NCBI RefSeq assembly: GCF_964204645.1
Contig: NC_134028.1
Span: 6,262,001-6,326,000 of the forward strand
Reading direction: 5' to 3'
DNA from: Tubulanus polymorphus
Taxonomy: Eukaryota > Animalia > Nemertea
DNA: 64,000 nucleotides
Shown here: positions 1 through 15,000 of the stretch, one piece after another
How positions within the stretch are numbered: position 1 is the first letter of the stretch
How the letters are laid out: each line of letters opens with the position of its first letter
Position numbers and translations under genes: made by a program
Notes under the pieces: generated by a model
Told to the model about the DNA's origin: nothing
The model's input: only the letters and a program-made list of their open reading frames with translations
Databases searched by the model: none

Positions 1-3000
1 TTGAAAGCGCCGGTTTTCAATTCGACTTCACCGATCAATCTCCAACTTCTCGAAACTCAGCCGCTCGGAGTAGAACTCGCTCGGGTGTTTGCTACTGATG
101 CTGACAAAAATGTAAGCTTTTTATATAGAGAATCCCGCACTAATATAACAAATAAGATGGGATCCGAAAAGTTTCCTTTGAGCTGATAATTTATTGAATC
201 GACGATGAATCTAGTCAAATCAATAAATCATTAGGTAAAAGGAAATTTTTGGACTTCATCTTTCTCGTTATATTAGAGTGAGATTCTCAATCTATTGTCA
301 AAACACGGACATAGTGTTTCACCAATGTATATGTATAAGCTTTTTCGTGTGGATATACAAATAATTCTACTCTCAATTGCTTTGATTTTACAGTCGCCAT
401 ATAATGTCGTCCGCTATCGAATTGTTGGTGCCAATAATCCAGCTGTACAGACGTATTTTGAAGTCGATGAAATTGCCGGTGTTATCTCAGCAAAAATGTC
501 TTTACAAAATTCCGCGACACCACTCTCGGTAAGTAACTAATTTGCTTTTACGAAATTGAACACCTTAGAACTCTGTTTCTTTACTTACTTACCGGTAGTC
601 GAATCGATCTCCTGTGGTAGATAGATTAGGCCATGGCCAACCTTTCCTACTTGGTCTTTTGCTGTCTGGGGCGAAGCCAAAATTCTATAAGTTGTGACCC
701 TGAAAATATAGAATATGAAATACATGTATCATTTTGATATCACTTTAAGACACAAAGAAAAACAACAAGAGGTAATGAACGTAGGCCCTGATTATATTAG
801 ACTTTAAAACTGAAAATTAAAGCTGTTTTGATAATTATTAATTAGCCAAAAAAGTTTAGGTCTGGGCCTATGGTGCTACATTCAGAGATTGCTACATTGT
901 GATTCATTACAAATGGGACCAGCTTTACTAGACAACCTAAAATCATTCTCTTTGGTCAAGCTGTGCCTTCTTCTATCTTCTTTGTATGTTAATCATTACA
1001 GTTTAACATCCAAGCCTACGATCTAGGAACTCCTTCGAGGGTTTCTCAACTCAATGTGCCCGTCAATGTGAATATAGCCAAGAACACTAGAGCGCCGTAC
1101 TTTGTCGGTATACCGTATCAGAAAACTATACCATACAATCAGCAACAGGGTAGCAAATTCTTTGATATCGTCGCTCGGGACGATGATCTACAGGTAAGCA
1201 TGATACTTGTGCTATAATAATGTAGATGGATATGGTTTGAGCCATAGATTAGCACCTAATAATTTCTTGAGTACCTCCGCGTCTTTCGATTTCATTCATG
1301 AAAACATAAAGGAATATTTCAGCGCCAGTATTCCATGATTTTGCTCGAGGTGTTTTGAAATTATGATTTCTATATTTCAGTCACCTTACAAAGACGTCAC
1401 ATTAAGCGTGCTCGGCGATGGTAATGTGTTGAGCTTTTTCAATATGGCTCCAAACGGTGCAGTTTCAGTCAGCAACTTGAACGCGCTTCAAGCAGATACC
1501 GCGAATCTATACACGGTACCTTAAAATAAGCGCAGATTTTACTTTCATAGATTTAAATTCTTTCATCCTTTGGAAAAAATCTGATACCAAATTTTTTCTA
1601 TGTCTATGATGTAGAAATGTCCCCAGATGTAAATATTTCTAGGTTTATGTATAGTTAATGCCTAGTTGTCCGTACGTTTGAATGAATTTAAACCTGCTGT
1701 AAATCTTTTCCCCACTTAATGAATCGAATCCGATGTATCGAGTCATTCTGATTCTAGATGAGAATACTTGCCAAAGATGGCGGCACACCGGCGAAAACAG
1801 CGACTACGACGTTGGCGATAACCGTAAACCGCAACTTACTCGACCCGGTGTTAAACGCAACGGGCCCGCTACGTGTGACGATTCCAGAAACGAAGCCGCC
1901 CGGTGATTGGATCATAGGTGTCTCCGCAAACGATCCCGAAAATGTAAGTTGTTGGAAATTTATTGAAACGTCCGACTTGTAAAATGATGGTAGATTGCGG
2001 GGACTTGAATGTATGATATACCAACTATTTGTTAGGGTGAAATCCCATTGTTGTGAATTTTGCTTGATCTTATGCTGGAAACTTCACAATCAAGTTAAAT
2101 CACAATTTCGAAGCTACCATCCATCTTGGATCTCCACCATGTCTTGTTTCTTACTTGTCGTGGGGTCTTATTCTTGAGTTTGGGTAAAAACAACAGGGCC
2201 TTCGGAACAGGGGTGGCAGGGGCAGCCAAAGCCGCCCCACTTTTTTGCTTAACAAAATTTTTTCAAAAGCACGCTGTATCGCGTTGCAGCTCGTCGTTCT
2301 CTCTGTACTAGGTGGTTGGCTTACGGCTTCTCATGCTTCTGTGAATGAGACATTGAAATGGCCCCAAAACGCATCTCCGGCGATTGAATTTTCAAAATTT
2401 TTCTAGGGGAGGGCCCCCAGACCCCCTTCAGAAATAGGCCTCGCCATTGAAAAATTCCTTCCGACGGCTCTGAACAAATAAACACTTAGAGATTTACTCG
2501 ATGTTATGAAATGAGCTTTATTTGAGGAGATCCTACGGCGATGGCGTCCTTCTTCCATCCCTACAAATCACGTGACGTATATTGATTTATACATAACGCT
2601 TTGTTAAATTTCAGACACCGGTCAGGTATGCTTTGACGGGAGTTGGCAAAGGTCCGAACTACTTTATAGCGGATCCGATCAGCGGGGCAATTCGTGTTCG
2701 TCAACCGCTAACTGATGACCCGGGCAAAGACCAAACATATACAGTACGTAGATCGACGTATGCCGTATTATCCTGGGCAAACGCTCCTTTAGGGGTTAAC
2801 GCCCCAGTGGATTTTCCGTAGAATTTTGGAATTACCGGGATGATACGGCATCTCAAAGTTGTAATTTGCTCGGTGATGTGTCATTGTTCTATCCATTCAA
2901 TCTATCCACTTCATAGCTGTCGGTGTCTGCGACTGATTCCGGTACACCCGCCAAACGTACAGCAAACATTCAAGTCATCGTCACCGTAACGAGAGACTTG

Positions 3001-6000
3001 TTTAAACCACAATTCTCTCAAGCGCAGTACAACACAACAATCGGCGAAGGAACTCCAGTTAATACGCCGGCCTTAACTGTTAGAGTTACCGATAGGGACA
3101 CAAATGTAAGTGATAAATGGGAGATTCTAATCGGTATTGAATTGACAAATGATAACAAACATAGAAGATTTATGTGACTTGAGATTTGACTTCTTGATAA
3201 GTAGAGTGATGTTGAATATGTACATGACTCGATGATTAGAAGCCCTATAAAGGTTAAATATCAATTATCAGTGAATGAAATTAAAAGAAAAAGATAACAT
3301 TTTGGAGATGATGAAATGACCTTTTTTTAAGAAAGCTCATCCAAATTCTGTTCGTAATGCTCTAGCACAGTGAGCCTCTTCAATCATCAGTCCAATCTTA
3401 AAGTAACTGTTTTTATAGAACAATGATAGTACCAGTAATATCTATTTTCTAAAGATAATTTACATAATGGAGATGAAATGAGCCAGAACAAACCTATGAA
3501 GGCTTTTTACATCCCTAGTGGATGTCCTGGCACTTGAACGTATATGATAATATATTTTATTTTGTTGAGAAGCACTGGTAACCACATTTGCAGTGAGACA
3601 GACAGGCTTATCAAAATGTTCATGATCATTTTCTAGGCTGTGATAAGGTACGGCGTGATAGGAGATTATCCGGGACCGAGCTTCTTCAATTTGAATCCAG
3701 TCACTGGAGAAATAACCGTCAGAAAATCCTTGAGAGACGATGCACTTTATCTAGGAACGTACAGGGTAACAAAATTTTGTTTTAAGAATTTCATAACTTC
3801 AAATAACTGATTTGAGTTATTAGTAATTGTGTTGTTTTGATTGCTATTTCAGTTGCGATTGGAGGGCTATGATTTGAACCATCCTAATAACAAGGCATAT
3901 GCAGATGCCTTCATTACAGTTACGAGAAACATTTTTGCCCCTGTTTTCCAACCCAATGCTAACTACGACGTCACAATACCGGATAGCCATCCAGCCGGGG
4001 AGGAAGTTGTTAATATAACTGCCACTGATCAAGATACTGGAGTATGTACTTTTGAGTATACATTCCCTTTTATTTTATTCTTTTAAGGGGCCACATTCAT
4101 TGTTAAGCGTATGACATCATGGCTGATTTTCAGAGGGATGGATGTGAAAATAAAAGGGGTGGCCGCCCATCTAAAACTTTTTGTGAAGTACACTGATACA
4201 TTAATGCAAGAGTGCTGGATTAATAATTTTGAAAAAAGGGATTAATGTTTACTTGTCTCAGCTTGCGTTTAAGACCTATTTGTTTCGTAAAAACTTTCAG
4301 GATACAGTGACATATAGGCTCATTAATAGCACTTCAGATGGAATGCAGTATTTCTATATTCATCCGAATACAGGACGCTTGACGACGACTAAGCCTGTAC
4401 TTGCCGCTCAGGATCTGTATAGGGTGCGTATTTTTTAAATCAGCATCTTTTTATAGTATCTTTCTATTTTGGTCCCTGTTTTCCAGACGAATGCTTACTA
4501 TGATCATAATACTGCATAGCCATGCAGCCGGGAAAATGGCGACAAATTTAAATTGTTTTTATCATCTTTGTTAGTTGGTTATTTCCGCGGCCGACCCAAA
4601 GAGCAGAACTTCGTACGCTGTTGCAATTGTAAGGATTACGCACGATAAATTTAAACCGACTTGCGCAATCCCGAATGACCAGTTTACGATTCAACAATCA
4701 TCACTGGTTGGTTCGCCGATTCGTACTGTCCGTGCTACTGACAGCGACTTGAAGGTATATTTCATCGAGCGTCCAGAAAATTTTGTGTTGAATATCTATC
4801 GGAAAAACTCACTCGCACGATTGATGAATTTCAGGGTACAGTTGAGTATAAGTTAGTGGGCAGTTATCCGGCGGGGCAGTTCTTCAACATTTCCACAAAA
4901 ACAGCTCAAACTGGTGAAATTCGCATTGCTCGAGACCTGAAAACTGACACAGAACGCACTCTTCAATATAAGGTACCCCATTCAATTGACTTATTCCTAA
5001 TAATTTACTGTCAAAAGTTTTTTGAATCCAGTTCCACAGTTGCAGCTGAAGTATACAAATTTTTTGAAACCTTAAAAATTTGAAACTGGTCCCAGTCTTC
5101 GAAAACTATCGCTACTCATTTTCTCAGAGAACTCTTCGATATAAATCTATGTATAATATTTGATGTACCCGGTTGCGGTATCTATTCTATTCGTTCACAG
5201 TTGCTGGTGTCGACATACGATTCGTCTTATCCCAACAACCCGACTACATGCACTGTGCTGGTCACTGTAACTCGAAACACCGGGGGACCTCAATACACAA
5301 AGAACATTTTCGAGATAACCATACCCGAAACTCAACCGCTGAAATCATATCTGCTCAATGTCTCGGCTACCGACCCTGATAACGTAAGTATTTCAATTAC
5401 TTTTTTGCACTATGAGAATTAAGAACAATCTGTTTTAGATATACTCGAAGTGAGAATGATGTTTTACCGTAGATACCCGATATTCAGTTGTTCAATGATA
5501 CTGAAAAATACAGAAACTCTTACTTTGTTAAAAATTCGGTTGAATGGAACAACCTAGACGACACCACTGTTGCAGCACCTTGGAACCTTCCGAGCAAGGC
5601 GCTGCTGTTGCTAGCCCTGTATAGTAACCCTGTGCCCTGCTGACCACATGCCGGAATTGGTTCCGGTCAGTGTACTACATTCAGATTCAGAAAATGTTTA
5701 TGCCCCGATGATTCATTTTATGTCCTAGGATGAAGTTATATACGGGATAGCACCTCCGGCAACGCCGCTATTCTCCATCAATCCGGATGACGGCCGCATT
5801 TTTCTCGAACAACCCTTAAGCGGTACGACGACCAACCGGTTCCAGTTCACCGTTAACAGTCGCGATAACGGAGCGCCGCCTACCAACGGGAATACTGCTT
5901 TTGTCATCGTGAACGTGTTGCGTAATGCGCAGCCTCCGCAGTGGCAACGAACATTCTACACCGGTAGGATCATAGAAACGGACAACATCACGGACAAAAT

Positions 6001-9000
6001 CGTCCAAGTTGTCGCGACGGATCCCGATCAAATTGTAAGTACATGAGACACTTTGGAAATTAATGCTTAATCAATGAAAAATGATAATTTATTCAACCTA
6101 AAATCCGTACGAAATGATATGCTCATTGCCTTTACGTCATAAAACTATAACAGAGAAAACGAAAATGATTTTAATCAAAAGCTTTGATGAGCAAATGTGT
6201 TTTAATATCCTATTATTGAGGTTTTGTTCGATGTATTTTGCAGAGTCCAGGAAATGAAGTTCGCTACAGTATGAGTCAAGATGCAGCGTCAGCGTTAGGA
6301 AGACAGTATTTCACTGTTGATCCGGTAACTGGTTGGATAACGCAGAAAGCAGCCGTCTTGTATGATGTGAAGTCTAATGTCAGATATACGGTAAGCTGTG
6401 GAACATGGGGATCTGTAATTGCAATTCTTCAATTTTCAGTCTTACAGTGTTTATTGTTTTGTAACCAAATTTAGTATAGATGTTCCATACGCTAACAGCT
6501 ACTAAGTCACAGATATACTTGGATTTCATCCCTTAATTGTCCTTGTTGGGGCCATTCAATGAATAACGTAAAAAAGTTAACAAAACACAGCAGAGCTATA
6601 TCAGTCGATAGGCTGCTTGATTGTTTACACTGACTAATTTGAGGTCCTGCTTTCCAAATTGGTTTATAGCCAAGTAAGGCCAGGCATCAAAATGAGATTG
6701 TCTGTGATTGGCTCATAGTAAAGCATAGTAAAATAGATAAATTGGAAAGCTTGTCTGTGTGGTCTATAGATGAGCAACTAACGTATATCTTATTGCTGTT
6801 GTGCTGGTCTCATCTTATCTAGCAATGTTCAAATTCAAAGCGTTCATATCTAAATATCTTGTCTTCGTTTTAGTTCAATGTCGTCACGCAAGATCTCGGT
6901 CTTCCTCAACCGAAAATCAATCCTATCCAAGCGAATGTAGCAATTGACGTCGTACGCAATTTGGCCGCGCCGGTTATTACAAACGTTCCACCCGGGACAA
7001 GTAGACGGATCAATCGCGATGTCGCTCCCAATTCTCCGATCATGACGGTCACTGCTACCGACGCCGATCTCACAGTACGTATTCAACATTATGTTCTTTC
7101 ATCCGATATTATTGGAGACCTCAAGGAAATATCAATCTCTAATATGATTGCATCATCATTTCATGATAATACATTGGAGCACGGTAGTGGGCTGTAAAAA
7201 TATTGTCCGGATTTGTTCGTATTCCAGTTTGGATAAAGCGGGCTCGATTGTTCTGGAAATCCAAAAAAAATTTCAGATTGTTGAGAACTTTGCCCTTGGC
7301 TTATTTTTTGTGAATTTCAAACTAGAAATACACACTGATGATCAGCACAATACCTGACATGTATAATGTTCAATAAAACATAAGACTGAGAAAATAACTG
7401 AAACCTGAATCAAACAACATCGCCTGATTCTTTCTCCCATACATCACATATATTTCGTTATGATCAAATACAAATTTCTTGTAGCGTCACGTACCTTTTG
7501 GAACGGTTAGATTCTACGCGATTGGGGATGATAACGCTGCGCAGTTCTTCAACATCTCTACATCCGGAGACGTGCGGGTTGCGCAAGCCCTTACCGGCAC
7601 CGAGACCATTTACAGAGTGAGTAGTACCCGTAAACTTATGTTCAACTGACTTCGATCATCTAAGCTTAAAGCAAGTTTTATCTAGTTTATGATGGCATGC
7701 TGATAGATTCTCATTGCTACTTTACAGTTAAGGATCGAGGCTAGAGATGGCGGCGTTCCTCCTTTGACTGCTCAGGCTGTGCTCACTTTGATCGTCGATA
7801 GAAATCTTGTTGCGCCCGTTTTTTCGACTCGGTCGCTGAACCTCATCCATACGATCAATGAATTGCACCCGGTCGGTGTTCAGTTTGTTTCAGTGGGAGC
7901 TACTGACGATGATCCAGCCGTATGTCACCGGATTTATAGAATTTACTCATTGAAATCTAGAAAATCGACTGAAATTCAAAAAAGAAATTTTACTAAAACT
8001 TCGACGTAGTGCTCATTCGATGATATTCATTTGTATTGTAGGCACCTTGGAATACTATCGAATATACCTCAAACGATGCAATATTCGGCGTGAATGCTGG
8101 CAGCGGTGGAATTTATTTAAAACAGTCATTGCTCGGTAGTACGCCACTGCAATACCAGGTAAGTCAATTTTGACTACCAAGAACGACCGTTTTTAAACAT
8201 TTCATAGAAAAAAGTTTTTGTGTTTTATTCGTTATAAGCGAGCCAATATCATTCTAAATTGCTATTCCATATTTCCCGATACTGCTTTGAATTTTATAGT
8301 TCGATGTCGATGCTTGCGATAAAGGATCGCCTGCGAAATGCGCGAACCCGAAAGCGCGAGTTACGATCAATGTTATCCGTAATCAGAATGCGCCGATGTT
8401 CCAGCCAACAGCTACCACTACTGTGCCTGAAAACCAAGCCCTGAACGTACCGGTCACATCCGTTATCGCGTACGATATCGATCCGGTGGGTGCTATAGTT
8501 AATCTACCATTCTAATATATTGCATAACAAAATCTTCGAAAAATCTATTTCTAATTTTTCATCTCTTTGTGATATGAGCTGTTATGAAAAATGCATTCTG
8601 CTTGCAGGCGCCGTTTAATACAACTAGAGTTGAACTAATCGGGGATGTGCCAGCTCCAATATTTTTCGCTCTAAATCCTGTGACCGGTGCTGTAACTGTC
8701 ATACAAAGTCTCGCGACAGGAATGGATGAGAAGTATACCGTAAGTTTGTGAATCATTACAGATGTTGTAGATATTACATCTATTGAACAAAGAGAATACA
8801 AGGGCAGATCCAGAGGGACTTGTAAGACTTCTGCAAGTCCATCATTTTGAGTGACCTTTTTCATTTTGTCAACAAAGATGATTGGTGGATTTCAGTGCAG
8901 TAAGTACCCTAATACTGCCTTTGTGGCCATGAAAGTGCACTTTTGGGATGTGGCAAGTTCGTCAAAATTGTCCTCTGTGTCTGCCCCTGCATTTTAATAA

Positions 9001-12000
9001 GTTTCATGTCCGGTTTTCATGTTTTTTTTCCAGTTTCTGATATTTTCATGTTCTATTGTAGTTAAGAGTGCGTGCTACGGATAGTGGACAGCCTGCGCTT
9101 ACTAACTATACTACCATCGATATTCTAGTCAAACGCAATTTCTTCACGCCATCTTGGACGAAAAAGATCTACAACGTTACGATACCAGACACGCAAGCTT
9201 TCGGTGTTCCGATCGAAACATTGCTCGCCACTGATTCCGATACCAAGGTAAAAAATCTGATAATATTGGCGACCATTGTTGATTCAAAGTGCTCTTATAT
9301 CCGTAAAGAATTGTCAACTCTATTCATCTCATTGTAGTCTCCGTTTAAGGATCTGTATTTCTTTATGACTGGAGATGCAGTTGCAAATCCATTCTTTATG
9401 GTGAATGAACAAGGACAGGTTATGGTGAAAAAATCATTAACTACAAACCCATCGGTCAAGAATTACGTTGTAAGTCTGAGTTTCCTGTCCCGCATCGAAT
9501 ATGAAAGATAACTTGATTTGAATCTTACCTCAAAGTAGTAAGCTCCTAGTTTAGAGATATAAACCTTCCAAGCAAGATCTAACATTCTAAATGAACTACT
9601 TCAACTCCATAGGGTACCAGGGGCTGATGAAAAATTTCAATTTTGGCAAAAGTTCTTATGTGACAACTGGTATCATCTAAACTGAGTCCAGTGCTGTATG
9701 TAAGAAAAGGGTGTATTGTGTATGTATTTTTTCAGGTAACCGCTGGTGTAAGAGATAAAGCTTTGAACCCATTGACGGCTCCTGATGAAGCTACAGTCTA
9801 CATCACCGTGATTCGTAATGATAAATGCCCAGTTTTCCAGAATACGCCTTACAAACAGAGTATCCCGATGAATATCTTAGTTGGACAACGTGCTGCGCAA
9901 GTGTCGGCTACTGACCCTGATGTTAATGTAAGTTAACCCTTTCTGTACTGACTAATTACCCTTAAAGTGCTTGGGATTGTTTGAAATTTGTTTGAAAACT
10001 GCAGTATAGAAGCACTGGAAGGATTATGAAAATTCTATCACTGATTTGAGATTATCTATTAGATTTTAAATTGATTATTTGTCTGATTATGATATTGCAG
10101 ACGCTTGGTACGGGTAAGATTACATACGCGCTGATTGGTGATGCTGGAGCTGAAAACCTGTTCAGAATCGATGCACTGGGAAATATAACTGTCGCCCAGA
10201 GTTTGTTGAACACAGGAAAAATGGGCTTCAAGGTACATTTTGTATCATTATATCATATTTCATATCTTTTGCCATTAGTCATTATAGATTTTTATGGCAG
10301 CTGATAAAAATCCATTGTATGATGTACATGACCTAGCCCATTTTAGATGTGAAAATTGGGCAAAGCATAGGCATAGAGCTAGCACAGAAAGCACCTCGAT
10401 CTGTGCCTGTTCTTGATCAAATCTCCTTTTCAAAAAACATTCTTCGTTTCTAGCTACGCGTGAAAGCAACAGATGACGGTACACCTCCGTGCAGTAGTGA
10501 AGCAATTGTAGATCTATCAATCGAAGGCAATTTCAACAGTCCCATATTCAACCCAGCTGGACTGTACTCTGTACAAATCCTCGAAATTCACCCGCTACAA
10601 ACATCGGTTCTGAATGTAACGGCTACTGACAGAGATACACAGGTTTGTTTGTGAATAGAATAATCTTTAATGAATATTCCAGGATTTCATAGATCATAAA
10701 ATCAAATGAAAACAATTATGAACATGAATGCCTGCTTCATAGCTATGGGTTGATAGGAGTTAACCCCTACATTTTAAAAGAATTCAAAAAATTCATCTTT
10801 GATATCTCATATTTACAAGGTTGAATGTAGCTGAGAGTATTTGAAATAAATTCTTCGGTTGTTACTGTTTCAGGTGCCGTTCGGAGATGTAACGTACCGA
10901 CTAGCATCAAACTCTGCTAATCAAAATCTATTTTATATCAGCACGATCAATAAGCAAGGTGTTATATATCTGCGACGATCTCAAACCGGTCTCACGTCTC
11001 CTCAGTTTAGGGTAAGAAATACTATATAATTGGATACTCATTCTATACACAAAAAACCTTGGATGCTGAAACCAGATTCATCCTCCAGAAGCATGCATCC
11101 TTGCTGGGCTAGTAGACATACTGGTATACTAGACCCTGCCTTAGACCATTGAGGTAGAGCGGGATTCTCACTAGCTACCACAGCTTTGCCATCAGCAATA
11201 GCTGAGCTAGCAGAAATATTGATATGCCTTGCCACTAAAGACCAATTTTTGCTAACTACTTTATCTGTACTTCGATTTCCGATTTCAAAATCAAATTCCC
11301 TCGTTCGCTCCTGGCAGTTGTAGTAAACGAAATCAACCAATCAAATAAAAAGCAAATCCCTATTGGGTCAATCCCTATTTCAAGATGAAAATAAAAGACC
11401 TATTTTTGTCTCGAACTCATCAGTTTTTTTCGATTCTTTTTTTTCCTAATATAGATAACAGTTGAAGCATGCGATGGCGGAAGCCCACCGCAATGTACTC
11501 CACAGGTGGTTACGATCAATGTCGTGCGAAACCGTGCGCCGAAATTTTCCGCTCTCGACTATAAGAAAACGATTCTGGAAACCACCCCCAATAATACAGT
11601 CGTTTTTAACCTGAATCCAACCGATCTCGATACTCTTGTAAGTATTAGTAATCGACTGGTATCTACTGTTAAATCATACTCGACGAGTGCATTATTTGAA
11701 TGAGATACCAGAGAAATAATCTGGGTTAAAAGTTTGTAGAAACTCGTTCTAAGAACATAAAACCAAAGCCTCATTCCTTTTCGTTTTTAATAAAAATTCT
11801 ACCCACTTTTGAAGAATCCTGATTTATAACATAGGTGCCTTTTGGTACTATTTCATCCAGAGAATACTGAGTTTATTTGTTTGATGTGTAAAGAAAGATG
11901 AAAAGTGTTGTCCTAAGGGTCTTACTGTTGATTACTGATTAATTTGAACATTTTCTTATTTCAATGAAATGTTACTGAAAAAAATTCAATTTATTATTGA

Positions 12001-15000
12001 TAGCACTTCAGGGGTATGCAGCCCTGTTATAAAACTGGATGGAAAGTTATATAATTTGGAATGAATTTGGCATAAATTTCTGATTTGATTACAGGCTCCA
12101 TTCAATACTCTCACCTGTGACATGATCGGCGATCCTCCGGCTCCAGAGGTATTTACTGTGGATGCTCCGTGCGACGTTACGTTAAGAGCTGCCCTCAATA
12201 TACCGAGGGTTAAACGAGATGCAAACCCTGATACGGACAAATCATACCAGGTCTGATACATTTCTTAAAACGGTTAAAATAACATTGATATTCGTCGTAA
12301 CCTAGTGATTCTGTGTGAGTCGATGTGCACATCCTTTCAAACATCGAAATTTTTCCAACCGTTTCAGATTCGCGTTCGAGTTCAAGATGGCGGCAGTCCG
12401 AGACTTTCCTCGACGACCTTGATTGCTTTAACAATCGACAGGAATTTGAACACGCCTCGATTTACTCACGGAAACATTCAACGGAATATATTCGAAAGTC
12501 ATTCTCTAGAATTGCCGATTGTCAATGTGAATGCTACGGATGTCGATCGAATCGTGAGTGATGAAATCAATTTGTTCTAAAAATCTATTTATTTTTGTCT
12601 GGGATCGATATTTCGCTTATTCTTTTGAACACATACCTCTTACTGGTCTTAATACAACCAATGAAACTGTGCAGTCTGAATAAACCATTGTTTTCATATC
12701 CATTTAACACTTTATTGAAGGATTGCCAAAAAGTCTTAATTTTCTCACGTTGAAATGGGAAAAACTATTTTTGAATTATTAACAAATAGCATGGCATGGA
12801 AACATATTGTTAAAATTGATTTAGTTCATAAAATAGTCTCTTTTCTCTGATTCAAATGAGTTAGGAAAGACTTTCTAACAGTGGTTATTCAGACTGCACA
12901 GTTTCACTTATCGTATTATGACCAAATTGGGATGCATTCAAAAGATTAAGAAAAATATCCTTTAAAAAATCGATCCCAGACAAAAATAGATAGACATTAG
13001 TGATAGATATATTGGATATTTTAGTTTTTAGCTCACGCATGATGAATTGTTCTTTCTATTTGTACAGGCCCCGTACAACGTCGTGAAGTATCGTTTCATC
13101 AAGCAGAACGTGAACGTACAGCAATATCTACGCATTGATGAAAACACCGGCGAAGTCTACCTGAAAAAACCTCTCAACGAACCCGCAACACCGAATACAT
13201 TTACTGTACGTAATACTTGTCTAGCTCACTTGATCGAGATCAGATTCATTCATTTCGCGATAATGCATCGGGGCAGTGTAGTCGACCGGATTTGATCGAA
13301 GTTTCATTCGGATCAAGTGGGTTTGATTGTTCTCGAAATCTCACTGGATTTATATGGAAATCTAGTTTGATTAAAATGGGGGTGGATTGTTTTCGGAATA
13401 TCACTCGATTTATTTCTTAAACTCGCGGAAATCTTTTTCCAATAATCCAATGTTTTAATTTGTTTTTGTTTTTTTCAGTTTGATGTTCAAGGTTACGATG
13501 GCGGAAACAAGGTCACGCCGACGAATGTGCGCGTAACGATAACCGTCGATCGCAATCAATTCGGTCCGACTTTTACTCAGACTGAGTACACTCGAGATAT
13601 TCTACCGACTCAGCCGGCTTCACAATCATTCTTCCAATTCCCTGTAACTGATGGCGATACTAAAGTAAGTTATTGTGTTCTCAATTTTCAAAAGTTTCGG
13701 AATTCGGATTTTCCACAAATCACTTCATCGCGTTGGAAATCTTGAATGACATTGTTTTGTTAATTTTGTAAATCTTTTGTTATTTCTTTGATTCTTCATC
13801 TAATCTTTGAATTATTTCAATCAATTAGTAGCAGTCCATTATTCAATCATTTCAGAGTCCATATAATGTGGTGACGTGCTCAGTAATTGGTGACGATCGT
13901 GGCCCAGTGTTTTTCTCACTAAAGGCGACAAAAGACTTTGATGTTATGTTGAAACCTGGTGTCAATTTGGCAACGGACACTGCGACTGATTACGTGGTAA
14001 GTATTTATTGAATTTCTTCAGTTTTAGTAATGAATTCGTATAGAGATATTGGCTCTGACAGGACGGCCACAATAGTCAGTGAATAGTCGGGGAATTTTGT
14101 AGAAAAAAAGCTAGAGATCAGTAAAAAGTCAGGGAAATTTGTTGAGATTGCAAGATCATGCATGAAAGCAAACAGTTTCCATCTATGTCTTATGTATGTA
14201 TTTGACTATGTTAATTGATTGGATTCTTAGCAGATCCAGTCAGGGAAAAACAAGGGAATAGTCAGGGACAAAGCAAGTAAAAAGATAAAAGTGGTCACTC
14301 TGTCTGATAGCTTATTATGGTTTCCTCTTGAATAGATAAGAATCAGGTGTCAAGACGGAGGCGATCCACGAAAAACTGCCTATTCAAAACTGACGATCAA
14401 AGTGAATAGAAACGTAAATGCACCGATGTTTACTCCGACATCTTACTGTCCGAATAGCCTAGGAACGATTGCTGATTCTGATCCGGTTGGAAAGAAATAT
14501 ATTACCGTTAAAGCTACTGATCTGGACACGGTATGTATAAGAAAGATAGATTTTACATGGTTGAATAGCAGGTATTCTATTCAAAATTTGTGTATTATCT
14601 TGAACCTGATTTTCCATACTTGTTATTCTTCTGTTTTGAAGAATACTGATCTGATTTGTTAGATATGTACAGGAATGGAAAAAAAGGTGTTCCGAGGGTC
14701 TTCCTCGATTATCAATTAATTCCGATCATTGTCTTGGATATTTTCATGAAATTTTCATGCAAAACATTTCAATTATTGTTACTGATAACACTTCCAGAGG
14801 TTTGGCAGTTCTTTACATATACTAAATGGTAGGTAATTAATTCTGATAGGTTCTGCCTGCTGATATTTTTTAGGGTCAAGTGATCAGGTATAGCATCGTC
14901 AGTAATCCACCTGCTTCAGATTATTTCTTCATCAATCCGAATACCGGGGAAATTTATCTACTGAAAAAACTCGCCGGAGCAAATGTTCAAAGCTTGGCTG

